Below, in pieces: positions 39,062-54,414 of a stretch of 64,000 nucleotides of DNA; the stretch's first letter is position 1; each line of letters opens with the position of its first letter. The notes beneath the pieces were generated by a model. That model saw only the letters and a list, made by a program, of their open reading frames with translations. It was not told where the DNA came from and did no database searches. A program made the position numbers and the translations under genes. The stretch is from Octopus sinensis (lineage: Eukaryota), in NCBI RefSeq assembly GCF_006345805.1, contig NW_021832248.1:1-64000 (forward strand). Reading direction: 5' to 3'.

Positions 39062-39456
39062 TTTTCTACTGTAGACACAAGGCCCGAAATTTTCTGGGGA
39101 GGGGATCAGTCGATTAGATCGACGCCAATATGCTTAATTTATGGACCACGAAAAGATGAAAGGTAAAGTCAACCTTGGTGGAATTTGAACTCAGAACGTT
39201 GCGGCAAACGAAATACCTATTTCTATTTCTTTACTACCCACAATGGTCTAAATACAGAGAGGACAAACAAGGACAGACAAACGGATTAAGTCGATTATAT
39301 CGACTCCAGTGCGTAACTGGTACTTATTTAATCGACCCTAAAAGGATGAAAGTCAAAGTCGACCTCGGCAGAATTTGAACTCAGAACGTAGCGGCAGACG
39401 AAATACCGCTAAGCGTTTCGCCCGGCGTGCTAACGTTACTGCCAGCTCGCCGCCTT
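39062..39456 (-). mobile_element. Nin-SINE dimer (young unit joined to old-type unit)
   Basis: Junction GAAATACCTATTTC near 39210. Confidence 0.8.
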
Positions 39457-39529
39457 CGAACAATATAATAAGATCAAACACACATACTGGTTTTAGTATA
39501 TTCACTTTCATTGACACTGACATTGTCAC

Positions 39530-40040
39530 CCATCGAGAAGGTCTTGTGGCACAAAATGATGCTGTACAATGTCTTGTGTGATATTTTACGAAGCATTGCT
39601 TTGGTGATTTTATTGTTGAAAAGGTTGCCGAAACAGCGTCCTTCAACTGTTGGGTATTCTGGTATTGCTCATGTGAAACTCTCTCTTTGATAATAGAAAA
39701 TTAAAACAATATTTACAGGTGGTGATAAGACTGTATATATATATATTCATTAGATCTAGGGAAAATGTTTGTTTGTGAAAATAGCGGCAGATCAGCGTAT
39801 ATATATTTGGTTGAGGAAGTTTCAGTAAAGGTGACAGAGATCCTTCACATGTAGCTCACAGGGTGACTGATGAATGCTAAAATGGATTTTGTCGTGTAAA
39901 GGAAATCTATAAATTTGGAAAGCAGACTTCCCAATTAAAAATTAAAGAGAATGACATAACTGAGAATCAGAGATTGTGGAGTCAAGTATTTATGGTGGCT
40001 TTTTGGCCTTATTATACCTCTTGAAGTCACAGAAGTATTG
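39530..40040 (-). pseudogene. Possible decayed Tc1-like transposase C-terminus
   Basis: IIKERVSHEQYQNTQQLKDAVSATF..ITKAMLRKISHKTLYSIILC. Confidence 0.4.
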
Positions 40041-40727
40041 TGATAAGTATTTCCTTGTTTGTTTGTTTGTTTGTTTTTTGGTGTTGCTGTTGTTGTAGAA
40101 ACCCATGTCAACCTTAACTGAACTTACTAACAAACGAAAGATTCTAACCGTAACCAACCCATCACTTTTTGTAATCAGGGACTACATCGTGTCCTTCCCT
40201 GTCTTATAATATCTGACTGCAAATTGTTAGAGAGATCTGGGTACTGCTTCTAATAGTTCGAATGAACACATAGTCGCTATTGTTATCTCCTGTTTCCTTC
40301 ATATGTATGTTATGTGAATGTTCGTTTGCGCATCCATGCGTGCCTTATGGCAAGTGTTCTCTGCTTTAAATGAACCAAACTATACCCTCCCAGTTAAGCA
40401 ATTTTTCTTTGCTAGGTATTCGCTTCATTAATCAACAATAGTTGCCCACTCCAGTAACAGTTTATTTAATGGCGTTAAAAGAACTAAAATTCCAGGTGTA
40501 ACACTCCATGACTGTAAACGATAACTATGAAAAATATACAGTGTTGTACATTGAAACATATTATTTTAATATAGTTAGTGAAGCATATATCAATTCACTC
40601 ACTCAAGATACTCGGGGAAGTAATTGAAATATTAAGTTTGAATCCCTTATCTTCGTTCTGTCGTACTTACATTCAATATAGCTCTTCATTGACACCGTAT
40701 ATTATACAATACTAATACTACAACTAC

Positions 40728-40775
<48 letters not shown>

Positions 40776-41013
40776 GTTGATGATGATGACGACGACGACG
40801 ACGATGACGACGACGACGACGACGACGATGATGATGATGATGATGACGACGACGATGACGATGGCGACGACGACGATGATGATGATGACGACGATAATGA
40901 TGATGACGATGATGATGATGATTATGATGATGATGAGGACGATGATGATGATGATGATGATTATGATGATGATGACGATGACGATGATGTTGATGATTAT
41001 GATGATGATGATG
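40728..41013. repeat. (GAT/GAC)n microsatellite
   Basis: Direct reading. Confidence 0.95.
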
Positions 41014-41414
41014 TCAACATGATATATTCTTGATGATGCTATATTTTTTTACAAGATTAAATATATGATGCTGAGAGTTACTCCGAAAGCCAACAATGAG
41101 GTACATTATCGTATGCTTTCTTGCAAACTATGCCACCAACAACTAAGTTCCGATTGACTTCTTTTTGTATCCCTTTTGCTCTTATGTTAATAGATTTTCC
41201 TTCTCTAGAAAGCAAGCAACTGTAAGCATGTAATTACTCATATCCCTTTTCTTTTCATTGTACTCCTCTATTAACACTGTCTTTTCTTTCTTTCTGTCAT
41301 TTGTGTTTAATTTTCAATACAATAAGTAACGAACGGGTGTTTATGCCTGGGCATACCTTGTGAGTTTTTTGGGGTTTTTTTAGACTAGAATATATGAAGC
41401 CTCGTCATTAGAAA

Positions 41415-41800
41415 TGGATGGAAGCACTCCGTCGGTTACGACGACGAGGGTTCCGGTTGATCCGATCAACGGAACAGCCTGCTCGTGAAATTAACGTGTA
41501 AGTGGCTGAGCACTCCACAGACACGTGTACCCTTAACGTAGTTCTCGGGGATATTCAGCGTGACACAGAGAGTGACAAGGCCGGCCCTTTGAAATACAGG
41601 TACAACAGAAACAGGAAGTAAGAGTGAGAGAAAGTTGTGGTGAAAGAGTACAGCAGGGATCACCACCATCCCCTGCCGGAGCCTCGTGGAGCTTTAGGTG
41701 TTTTCGCTCAATAAACACTCACAACGCCCGGTCTGGGAATCGAAACCGCGATCCTACGACCGCGAGTCTGCTGCCCTAACCACTGGGCCATTGCGCCTCC
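41415..41800 (-). mobile_element. SINE family B, full length
   Basis: Reverse complement of 3770-4152; TSD CGT(C/T)ATTAGAAA at 41403-41414 and 41801-41812. Confidence 0.9.
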
Positions 41801-41897
41801 CGTTATTAGAAAACAAAAGGACATAATGTAAACTCTGTAAGCAGTCGGTGTCAGGAGCTTTCAAATTTGATATTTTTGGTATCTATGAACGAGAAAT

Positions 41898-41928
<31 letters not shown>

Positions 41929-42294
41929 TTATTTATTTATTCATTCATTCGTTCATTTATTTCAGAAAACAGCGATGAGATCCTGGAATTAACAACCCCG
42001 AAAGGATGAGAGGCAAAGTGGACCTCGGCAGAATTTGAAAACAGAACGTAAAGACGGACGAAATGATGCTGTCCTTTTGTCTTATATACTAAAGATTCTA
42101 TTAGCTTACCGTTCTATCAGTAGAAATAATATTGATGTGTCTACGTTCTATCAATGCATCTACTGACAAACACTTTACTTGAGTAAAATTAATATAATTG
42201 TGTGCTTTCTTTTTTCTTTTACTTACTTCAAGCCTTTATATATCTTAAACCTTTACATATCTTAACATTAACTGCCTATACTTCTGTCACTAAG

Positions 42295-42463
42295 CAGTGC
42301 CGTCTTAGCAATTTTATATGTCCCCATTCAAGTCAATGCACTAGGCCTTATAGTATTTATCTACCGACAGCAAGCCACAACATACATAGGTCTGAATTGA
42401 TCCCCTAGACTCATAAGGCCCCTGGGCAACTGCCCAGTGTGCCTGTGACTTAAGATGGTCCTG
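42295..42463. mobile_element. hAT-type MITE
   Basis: Imperfect TIR CAGTGCCGTCTTA / TAAGATGGTCCTG; 8-bp TSD-like TCACTAAG / CCATTAAG. Confidence 0.55.
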
Positions 42464-43199
42464 CCATTAAGACCAACTTACTCTGAGTCCAAAATATTTT
42501 TTAACTTACATAAATGTTCCATCAATATCTTCCGAGTGGCGGAAACGCATTCAGTTTCAAAATTCATTTTGTGGCGGGCATTTGGTGTCGCTATCATATG
42601 CATGTAAGTATGAAAGACTCAAAAGGCTAAAATTTCCATAACAACAGACCATTTTCCCGTTAGGATCTTATATGGAGAAGCATTCTACTGTTAATGAAAT
42701 ATTCCCTGTATGAAAATAAATTCTATCTACAAAATTAATTTTAAAAGCTTGTTAGAAGCCAGCCTCGAAGTGCGATACCAAAATATCTCAGAAAAGGTCA
42801 GCCAGTCAATAATAATAATGCCTTCTATCATAAGTACAAGAGCTGAAATTTTGGGTCAGGGAACTTGTCGATTAAATGGAACCCAGTGATTGACAGGTAA
42901 TTATTTTATCTACCCTGAAATGTAGAATAAACAAAGTTGACAACAGTGACATTTGAGCTCAGAACGTAAAGCCGGCAGAAATGTCGATGAATGCTTTGTC
43001 GGTCGCGGTAACGATTCTGCCAGCTCAGCGCCTTATTAATGCTTTCGGCTTTAGGCACAATGCTTGAAATTTTATGAGGAAAAGAGTAAGTCGATATCAT
43101 CGACCCAAGTACTCGACTTGTACAAACTTGACCTCGACATTTGAGCTCAGAAGGTAAAACTGGCAGATATGTCGCTGAACATCCTGGAGTATGATCTCG

Positions 43200-43960
43200 G
43201 AAGCGGTAAAGGAAAATTGAACCTGTTGTTATTCTTGGACGACTTATTGTTATTCACAAAAAAATAACACAGTGAGGTAGATCCGGACAGCCTAGTCCAG
43301 TCTGTGCAGATCTTCGCGAATGGTATCAAAATGGAGTTTGGGCTCTCAAAGTATGCTACGATGATGAGACGAGGAAAGCTTATCAGGAAAGAAGGCGTAT
43401 GGATATCAACTGGTGAAATAATGAAGACAATTGAACCTGAACCCGGTTATAAATACTTGAGTAGATAGAATTAAACACAACGCTATGAAAGAAAAGACAA
43501 AGAAAGAGTATCTGCGGCGAGCGAGAAAAATATTGGATTCAAAGCTGAATCCCAGAAACATAATTTCGGCAAAAAATAAATAAATAAATAACGTGCAGTC
43601 ACAGTAGTTCGTTATGGCGCTGGAATCCTGAAGTGGACGGAGTCAAAAAATGTTGCACAGGAAGACAAGAAACCTCCTAATGATACGAGGAGCCCATCAC
43701 CCCCCTGCAGAGACTGATTGCCTATACATGAAGAGAGTAAATGAAGGAAGGGGACTGGTTGCATATCGAAGTCGGGAGCTTAATATGACACCTATCCCAA
43801 ATTAAGGAAACCTTGCCAGTATCAGTTAGGAATGAAGGAATGTTGAAAGGAGAGAAAAAGGAGGATACAAAGGAAGAAGTACAAAAAAGGGTATGAAGAA
43901 GCATTACATAACATGGGACTATACAATCATTTCCATGTAGCTACAACAGAAGTTGCTGGA
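43200..43960 (+). pseudogene. Decayed R4/Dong-type RT C-terminal fragment
   Basis: LDDLLLF, IKMEFGLSK, GYKYL, KEYLRRARKILDSKLN, VRYGAGILKWT. Confidence 0.75.
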
Positions 43961-44184
43961 AAACACAAGACCAATCTTTGACCAGGAATTGAAGGGTCAA
44001 CCTTAGGAATGAGCAAGTGTATCTACTGTGCCATAGCTGCAATAGAGTGGGCGAAACCATTGCCCATATCGCGAACGAAGGCCAGAGAATTTTCCGAAAC
44101 CACTACAAGTTGCGCCGACACGATGAAGTAGAGAACGTGCTACATTGGAAACTGTCCGAAAAGTGGTGACTAGAGAGAGGCAAT

Positions 44185-44693
44185 TACATCGCCCAGTGTT
44201 CAACTGGTACTTAATTTATGAAAGAATGAAAAGTAAAGGTGACCTTAGCGGAATTTGAATTCAGAATGTAGGGACGGTTGAAATACCTATCTCTTTACTA
44301 GCCACAAGGGGCTAAACACGGAGAGGACAAACAAACGGATTAAGTTGATTATATCGACCCTAGTGCGTAAGTGGTACTCATTTAATCGACCCCGAAAGGA
44401 TGAAAGGCAAAGTCGACCTCGGCGGAATTTGAACTCAGAGCGTAGCGGCAGATGAAATACCTATTTCTTTACTACCCACAAGGGGCTAAACACAGAGAGG
44501 ACAAACAAGGACAGACAAACGGATTAAGTCGATTATATCGACCCCACTGCGTAACTGGTACTTAATTTATCGACCCCGAAAGGATGAAAGGCAAAGACGA
44601 CCTCGGCGGAATTTGAACTCAGAACGTAGCGGCAGACGAAATACCGCTAAGCATTTCATCTAGCGTACTAACGATTCTGCCTTCTGCCAGCTC
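44185..44693 (-). mobile_element. Nin-SINE trimer
   Basis: Three tandem units joined at GAAATACCTAT. Confidence 0.8.
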
Positions 44694-45160
44694 GAAAAAT
44701 AGATCATTCGACTGATAGATAGACAGACAGATAGACTGACGGACAGACAGAGAGACAGATAAATAAGTTACATAAATGAGAGTCACTGTGTGATGGTGTT
44801 TTTGCGAAAACTGTGTAAAAGTGCGCGAGAATACGAGTGCATATTGAAAAAAAATATGCATTCACGAAAGAGAATACATGCAGAGGAAATGTACGAGTTT
44901 ATGATTATGTAAATCGTAAGAAAATATAATTAAAAGCAGAAAAGAAGGAAATGAAGGCATATAGAGGGAATAAAGATTATGGAATGAAGAAAAATGAGAG
45001 AGTGAAGAAAGGTAAGTTATTAGAGAATGAGAATTTAAGCGGAAACTTAACAGGAGAATAGGCTAAAGGTTTAACATTCACAATGATATTAGATTGATAG
45101 AGAGCTAGAAAGATAAATGCATATACATAAATAGATGCATATATATATATATATATATAT

Positions 45161-45254
<94 letters not shown>

Positions 45255-45293
45255 GCATATACATAAATGTATGTCAATACATGCACACAAATG

Positions 45294-45375
<82 letters not shown>
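45161..45375. repeat. (GATA)n microsatellites
   Basis: Direct reading. Confidence 0.95.
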
Positions 45376-46165
45376 ATGGGTGTAGAAGCAGTAAAAATAT
45401 ATGGGCGTCGTTAGGTATTAGAAAATTAAAGAAAAATATTTGTAACTAATTCTCTTACTGCTAGAAGGTTCGCCATCTTGAAACAATAGGAAGTTTGCTT
45501 AAATGAAAGTATTCAGCTACAGTGTATATGTGCATGTTTATGTGTATCTGTCTCTACATAGAACATGATATAACGATACATGTGATATGTACTTATATAT
45601 AGATGTATGCGTATGTAAGAAGTTACGTATGTATATCAACTATACTAAAAAAAAAGGTTGAGACAAAAAACATTCTTTCGTTTTCACCTGTTCAGAATTA
45701 ATACTGATTCTGATATAAAATAAACAGGAAATAAAAAAGGAAATGCTAAGGGACCGTTTCCAGTTTGGAATCATTGTCTTGTGTGTATGTGCCGGTTTGT
45801 ATGTATGTGTGTTTGTGTGTATTGTGTCTGATATTTTTTGCCTATTTCATTTTGTTTTTTGGTAATTGGTAATTAAGAATATATACATTATATAGTAAGA
45901 TGCCAGTAGAAATTTTTGCCTCGTTTATATTACACGTACAGTTTTGTTTTTTTTTTCTATTTCTGGATATTGTTTTCACCTTTATGTTGTTCCACGTCAA
46001 AGGATGCAGGAATATATCCGCATATCGATGGTGGTGCTCCAGCATGACCACAGCCGCATGGCCAAAACGAGTTAAGGAGTAAATGTGTATATATACACAG
46101 AAAAAGATATATGTATATATATATGAATATATACATACATACATATATATATACATACACACACA

Positions 46166-46228
<63 letters not shown>

Positions 46229-48239
46229 ATATATTATATATGCTACTCACGCACCGCTCTGAAAATTAAACGAAATTACTAGGCAAGAATTTTATAACTC
46301 CATTGGCAGAAAATGTGAGAACTATTTGAATAGTGCTCAATCTAAGACTTTGAACCGATACAGTTTAGCTTCTTTGAACTAGTGCATAGAAAATAGAATT
46401 CATTATACCCGGTTTGTCTAATTTATATAGCAGTGAATTGTTAATAACGTTGATTCGTAGTAAACTGCACATCGCTTTTAGATGAATCAAATTGTCATTT
46501 TAATAAGGATACACTGTTAGACTCCCATTGAAATGTTAAGTAACACGCAGGACTTTTATTTCTTGGTAAGCTGAAAAGCTGAGATTGGTCTCCTAAGTTT
46601 TTAATCTTAAAACTTCATCAAAGAATAACACCTGTCGTAAATTACGGAGGAAAGACTAGTTTTTAGCTTATTTATCGTGTGTATAGAGACTAGAACTCAC
46701 TTAAATTGTTCGTAAAAGTTTCCGTGATGGTGAAAGCACTAATATGTGTCACACGAAAACGTAAAGTGTCGCTGAAGAGGTCACAGATGTGTGACAAAAG
46801 ATTTCCGGAAAAATTAATAGAATAAAATCAGTAATAAACGAGTGACGAAAAAAATATATCGTGCGTGTGTTTATTTGGCAAAAAGAAAATGACCGTCCCG
46901 AAATACAACAATATCTGTTTCAACACACGATTTCACATCGGGAATCTTGCAAAACGAATTGATAAACCCAATTTTTTTAAAGTTGGTGATATATATAGGT
47001 ATGTTCGTGTATATATGTGTATGTGTGTGTGTGTGTTGTGTGTGTGTGTATGTGTGTGTGTGTGTAAAGAATAAGGTAGAAAGATAGACAGAAAGATAGA
47101 TAGACAGATGAATAGAAATGCTTGTACGCATGTGTGTGTGTGTGGTGTTTGCATATGAATATATGAGTATGTATATATGTGTATGCTCGTGTGTATGTGT
47201 GTATGTTCGTGTGTAATTCGTTATTCAAATTCCACCGGGCTGACGGTATTTGAAGTCTGAACTGATAAGGAATCTAATCCATTTAGTCCTATGCTTCTAT
47301 TTTCTTAGCCAACAACACAATACACCGGGGCGACACGAAAATGAAATGCATTCACACGTTAGCTCGGGTGGCAATTGTGTCAAATCGATAAAAAATTATA
47401 CAAAAAATACGTAAGTGTAATCACCGTGTCTCCTACGATGAACAGAAAAATCATCAACAACGCCGTCATTATCATAATCGTCATCAACATCATATCGTTA
47501 TAGTCACCAACATTACCATCACGAACAGCACCACCACCGAACTACTACTCCCGCCTCCTCAAACATCATTAATGTCGTCACCAGAATCATCATCATCATT
47601 TTTACATATATTATCATCACCGCGATACTCATGATCAGTTGTCGTCGATATGTCTGCAGGATACTAATTTAATATGAGGCATGATACTTTTGCGAAAATA
47701 CAGACAAGAAATATAGATGAAAAACAAAACGTATATATATATATACGTACATTATGTCATCCGTAGGAAGTATTGTCTTGACGGAAATACAAAAATGAAT
47801 GCATTCATATTAACACATTATGAATGTACTTGTACACTGAAAAATAATTAGTGTCTCACAATGGTCATAGATTACCGCGAAAAGGGAAACGTCTTGCGTC
47901 TGTCGTGCTTTTAATAACTATATATTTGACATTGTTGAAGGAAAATAACAAGGAGATTTGAAATCGTATTGTTGAATTGGCTCAGTGGTATGCTCAAAGG
48001 CAATGCCTTCTATATAAAGTAAAACAAACTACGTCGTTTGATATAAACCTGAATATAATAAGGCTTAGAAAGCCTTATTATATTCAGGTTTGAATGGGAA
48101 TGGGAACTAAAAGCGTTTTTTATTCTCTCAACAGGAAATAAGTAGCTAGAGAATTGACTGTGGTAACCAGGTTTCGAACTCTGCTCATTAAGATATTAAC
48201 TTTGAATAATTAGAAATAACGATTTTATACAGTGATAAA

Positions 48240-48425
48240 TAAGGTGGTGAACTGGGAATATCGTTAGTACATGAGTTAAAATGCTTAGCGTTGTTCCTTC
48301 TGAATCTTCCAGCCCTAAGTTCAAATCTCGCCGACGTCAACTTTATCGTCCCTTCGTGACCGATAAAGTACCAGTCAAGTACTGGTTGATGTAATCGATT
48401 TGTCTTCTGTCCTTAAATTGCGCCT
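48240..48425 (+). mobile_element. Old Nin-SINE copy
   Basis: Degenerate head AAGGTGGTGAACTGG and core CGATAAAGTACCAG. Confidence 0.5.
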
Positions 48426-48919
48426 TATGAATCCTTGGAATTAAAAGAAAAAGAAACAAAAACATTGATACACGGTGATCTCAGAGTAATAGCTGTTCTG
48501 GTATTTAATTCTGTGACAGATTTTGTCTCTAAAAGAAAAATATCTAATTGAATTTCCGAACATGAATGTTTAGATGTTTGATCAACTAAACTAAAGACCC
48601 ATTTAATTAACTGATTGCATGACAGGGCTGCACCTTTTAAATTAGAGGTACAGTCCATACAACAGCATGCTGCTCTGGTTCCGTCTACTCAGTTTCACTT
48701 ACAACATATGAGCAGACAAGAGCTTAAAATGAAACGTATGCAAGTTACCACGCAGCGGATCAACACAACGACATCATGATTGCGGAAAAAAACTGCCTAA
48801 CTTATTGGCCACACTACGTCTATAGCTGTAAATACAATTAAATGAAAGTACCAACCATCATACAGTGACACAAAAACAAATTAATCCGATGTCTTAAACA
48901 TTCCACCTTCTCTTGTCAT

Positions 48920-51120
48920 TTAGCCTTCCTTTCCAGCAAAGTATAATTTTGATACTCCTACCCTTGGGTAGAGACTTCCATTCATATTGAATTCCTTCCT
49001 AGTTTTTCTCTCTGGCTTTACTAATTCAGTATTTGTCCAATCTATAAAAGCTGCTGAGTATTTAAGTAATGATACTGTCCAACTATTTACAGCCTTCACT
49101 AGATTCGGACCATTTAGCTTTGATTTCATTAGCTTCCTTACACTTCTAATGTACCCCTTCTCAATTTTCGTTTGCATTTTTGTAGTTAGTACCCTATTCT
49201 AATATACCTAGATACTTATAACTCTCTCCTCCTTTCAATGATTTTAATGTCTGGCGATCTGGTAATTGGATGCCTTCACTGTTGACTACTTGTCCCCTTC
49301 TCATGACTAACATTGCACAATTATCAATGTCAAATTCCATGCCTATATCTTTGCCAAATAATTTGTATTAAGGCATCTATCTCTTTCTCATTCTCTCTTA
49401 AAAGCTTTAGATTATCCATGTAGAGCAAATTGCTATTTTTCCCTTGCTATTTCTAAACTGATACCTTTCCTTTGCCATCCTAAATACTTAACTGAGTGAG
49501 ATCCAACATAAGGCAAATTTTAAAGGGGAAAATTCCCTGACAGTGCATTACCTGAGTAGAGATCTACTTCCCATTTCTTCATGCTACAGCAAATTAGTTC
49601 TCTTATGTTGTCTACTATACTGAATATAATTAAACATTCACTTATCTATGAGTGTGGGATAATGTATAGTTAGATTTTTCTTTCTCGCTTTAACTTCATT
49701 TAGAACTGCTTTCTCTATGTATAATAGATCATACGTTCCTCGAACCTTCTTCTTGCAACCTTTCTGTGCTTCTGGCAGTGAATGATGGTTGTCAAGGTGC
49801 TCGTAAAGGCTTTCCGAAAGCATGACTGTTAACAGCTTCCACACTAATGTTAAGCAAGTGATTGGTCTATAGTTGCTAGCCGTATTTCCCTTGCTCTTAT
49901 CCTACATGATGAGTGTTGTCCTCTGTCTAATCATCCAATCTAGTCATCCATCTCCATTAAGGCAATCTTCAAGTTGTTCCCTCAGCCTGGGTCTCTTCCA
50001 ACTCGGCATTTTTCCTAGCACTTTATTCATTAATGCACAATGTTTCTCACTCACTACTTCTTCCTTTACTTTCTTTAATCATACTACATGTCCATTATGA
50101 TTGACTGGCGTATCCCAAATATTATTCCAGAACTTCCTAGCTTCTTCTGCGTTAGGTTTCTCATCTTCAGTACTTCGTTCTCCGCTATTTATTTGGTTGT
50201 ATAATCTCCTCTGGTCTGTCTCAAATAATCTGTTCTGTTGCTATGATCTATTCTTTTCTTATATCTGGAGTGTTTGCCTGATACGCTGTTTCAACTCTAC
50301 TATGACTACCAAAACGTTTCTTTTTGACTGTACCAAACCGTTTCTCTTTGACTAAATATCTTTTCTCGAGGGTAGATTTGCATCTTATATTTCCCAACTT
50401 GTTCAATTTCCAGGCATCTACTCTACTCAGATCTTGTCTTCGAATTTTCACTTTATTCTGTAGTCTCCCTTCCCACATTTGCTCATCATTAATCTTTCTC
50501 TGTGAGATATCTAATCTTCTGGTGACTACTACCCTTCCTGCAGAGATCAATAAATCAGTGACTCCTATATTTTTAGTTTCCTGGTCATTTCTAGCAACTT
50601 CCTTTTGTTGGTGCCTTTTAATGCCGGCAATTTTTTTATACTTCTTTACTCATTACTTCCTGCACTCATCTAAAATCTTCCTGACTTAAATCAATTAAGT
50701 CGCTGGTGCCAGTTGTTCCTTCCTTATTGGTAGCACTATTGTTATTTTTTCCTTCAGATTCTTCTCTTATGTTGTTCCTTGTCTTTCCTACTGCCCGGTC
50801 TTTCTTTTCCAATTCTCTTGTGATTTCTTCTCCCTCCAATTCTGTCATCCACATTCTTCTCCTAAACGCATTAACTTGATCAACTAATCTCTGCTCAGTG
50901 ATTTTAAGCATACCCTTTTCCACCCAAAGTATTAACATCCGTTTTCTGTAGCGCCTTCTTTTAGGTTCACTTTCTAAGTAGCACTGAATCACTATCCTGT
51001 TTTCTTCGGTGGTCCACTTCCTCCTCCTTGCTCTATAATCTGCTGATGCTGTATTAGGATAACAGTAGTGGCCAGTCTGCACCTTTATTGAATCACTGTC
51101 GAGCGAGAGGCCTTCCCTTT
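48920..51120 (-). pseudogene. R4/Dong-type LINE, N-terminus plus RT, decayed and 3'-truncated
   Basis: RRRKWTTEENRIVIQCYL..TEQRLVDQ; YRPITCL..WKLLT; EAQKGC; LLYMDNLK; KYLGI; KSKLNGPNLVKAVNSW. Confidence 0.85.
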
Positions 51121-51728
51121 AATGGTCCAACTTCATTTTCGCTGTTACAACGAGTTTCTTCAGAAACTCCTATCTCCCATATTATTTCCAACTATTAGTT
51201 TTCGACATCTAAAGGTTTCAATCAACTTTCTATTGCATCATTTGTTGCATCTTTGTGCTGGTGGGGTGGTGCATGCTTCATTTAATCTTGGTGGGGGTAG
51301 ATATTGTATTGTATCAGTACGTTTTGTTATAGGGTTTGGTTTGAGACTTCTCTTGTATTAGCTTTTGTAATGTATTGTTTGTGTAGCGATGGTTATATTC
51401 TTCTATCGTGTATCGGTCTTCTATAGCACATATTGTGGGTTTTAATCATATTGTTGGATATTAGACAGTATGAGTTTATTCTTGTATGTTTTTTTTGTGC
51501 GTGTTACATAGTGGTGTGTGTAAATTATAGATCAACTACTTCATAGCATGTAGGATTATCAGTCCGCCGTTCTTTCTATTTTGGTTGGTTTTGCTATGAG
51601 CTTTCCGTTTTCAAGACGTTTACTTTTTAGCTGAACACCGCCGATGGACATGTGTTGATGTTTCTTTTGTAGTTATAATTATAATTATAATCATTATTGA
51701 TCCATCACTGGAGACCGACAATAAATGT

Positions 51729-52090
51729 GGGAAGCACTCCGTCGGTTACGACGACGAGGGTTCCGGTTGATCCGATCAACGGAACAGCCTGCTCGTGAAA
51801 TTAACGTGTAAGTGGCTGAGCACTCCACAGACACGTGTACCCTTAACGTAGTTCTCGGGGATATTCAGCGTGACACAGAGAGTGACAAGGCTGGCCCTTA
51901 TGAAATACAGGTACAACAGAAACAGGAAGTAAGAGTGAGAGAAGGTTGTGGTGAAAGAGTACAGCAGGGATCACCACCATCCCTGCCGGAGCCTCGTGGA
52001 GCTTTAGGTGTTTTCGCTCGGTCTGGGAATCGAAACCGCGATCCTACGACCGCGAGTCCGCTGCCCTAACCACCGGGCCATTGCGCCTCC
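51729..52090 (-). mobile_element. SINE family B with short internal deletion
   Basis: Matches 41415-41800. Confidence 0.88.
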
Positions 52091-52440
52091 ACTGCATGTA
52101 TATAGAGATCTTGTATAAATATGGATGTATAAGTAATTGAAATGTAAAATTTAAAATTTTACTCACAGGCTTGCAGTTTTCGTAAGGAAATGTGCTTACA
52201 TTTTTACGCTCATGTTGTAACGATTCATCTGATAGAAGATATTTTTGTATATATTTACTCCACATAAGCAAAATCTTTCAGTTTCCTGAAATGGCTTACA
52301 TTTAGACATATTTTCCTTTCATTGTTGCGGCTTCTTAATTTCTCATTCGTGATGGGTTCAGATTTGATCTATCTTCCCAGCAGCTCGCTGTCACACGTCC
52401 ATGCTGTTTGGTATTCCCTGCGATGTTATTATCATTATTA

Positions 52441-52522
<82 letters not shown>

Positions 52523-52557
52523 CATTATTAGTATTATTATTAAAAATATAATAAATG

Positions 52558-52788
52558 CGCCCTTTTAAAGCCTACTCAGGCTCATGGGCCCAGTTTCCCA
52601 GTTTCAATGGCGTATGTGTTCTCCAGCTGTTCATCGCAGCGTTACTAATTTTTGCGAGCTGAGTGGACTGGAGCAACGTGAAATGAAGTGTTTTGCTCAA
52701 GAACACAACGCGTCGCCCGGTCCAGGAACTGAAACCACAATCTTACGATCATGATGCTGACACCCTAACCACTAAGCCACGCGCCTCC
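52558..52788 (-). mobile_element. tRNA-derived SINE (family D)
   Basis: GGAGGCGCGTGGCTTAGTGG head; TGTGTTCTTGAGCAAAACACTT. Confidence 0.7.
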
Positions 52789-52789
52789 A

Positions 52790-52816
52790 CTATTATCATT
52801 ATTATTATTATTATTA

Positions 52817-52847
<31 letters not shown>

Positions 52848-52886
52848 GGTATTATTATTATTGTTATTATTATTATTATCATCATC

Positions 52887-52922
<36 letters not shown>

Positions 52923-52944
52923 ATAATTATTAATATTATTATTG

Positions 52945-52991
<47 letters not shown>

Positions 52992-53052
52992 GGTATTATT
53001 ATTATTGTGAATATTATTGTTATCATCATCATCCTCATTATTATTATTATTA

Positions 53053-53101
<49 letters not shown>

Positions 53102-53130
53102 TACTACTATTATTATTATTATTATTATTA
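52790..53130. repeat. (ATT)n microsatellite
   Basis: Direct reading. Confidence 0.95.
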
Positions 53131-53515
53131 TGCTATTAAGCAATACAATATAGGCAGGACGCCCGAAGAGAAATCATTTCAGGTATTCGACATCATACTG
53201 CTGACAATTTAATTAATACGATGTATCTTATCTTATAAGCATCCCGTCTTGGAACCATTGCATAAAGACGAAATTCGACTGTGTATATACGTTGCTTACC
53301 TTGATTTCATTCATTTGTTACAAAGCAAACACTACTTCCCATTTCTTTGTCAATGATATTTTCTATGTATGTATATATTCATGTTATATGGGAATGAATG
53401 AATGCTGAATGCTCTTTCTAAGCTATTCACCGAAGCTAATTTATTATAGTATTCAGTGCCTGCCTAAATACCATCTATAAGAATGCGATCAATTTTCACA
53501 ATTAAAGGAAGACTG

Positions 53516-53547
<32 letters not shown>

Positions 53548-53619
53548 TGAAGAAGAAGAGAAAAAAGAAAGCAACGACAATTAATATTATTGCACTATAG
53601 CATGGATAATCAACGAGAC

Positions 53620-53873
53620 GTTTCATACACACGTACACACACGCGCGCGCACGCACATGTAAATGTGTGTGTGTATATATGTATATACATATATACATAT
53701 ATGTATATACATATATATATATGTATATATGTATATATATATATGTATATATATTATATACATATATATGCATGTATACATATATGTATATATACTTGTG
53801 TATATATATGTATATATATATGTATATACGTATGTGCATATATTTATGTATGCATATATATATACAGTATATA

Positions 53874-53908
<35 letters not shown>

Positions 53909-53921
53909 ATATATATATTAT

Positions 53922-53983
<62 letters not shown>

Positions 53984-54292
53984 ACACGCACACATACACA
54001 GTTACGTATGAAGTTAAAGACACATACAGACTCGCACGCATACGTGTGTGTGTGTGTGCGTGTTTCCTAAATTCAGAAATTGTGATTTAAGCTATTAAAA
54101 TATTGACCGAAATGTGCAGTGAAGCCTAAATCAACATTAGTTCCGGTGACTTCCGTTTTCTTTGCAAGACTCTACGCTACTGGAAGTGGGAAGTCTTGAC
54201 TGACAAAATGACGAGACTAGACATTGTGGAAAATATATTTTGTGTAGACAGCCATATACATACGTACATACATACATACATACATACATACA

Positions 54293-54325
<33 letters not shown>

Positions 54326-54368
54326 GCATGCATGCATACATACATACATATATACATTCATACATACG

Positions 54369-54414
<46 letters not shown>

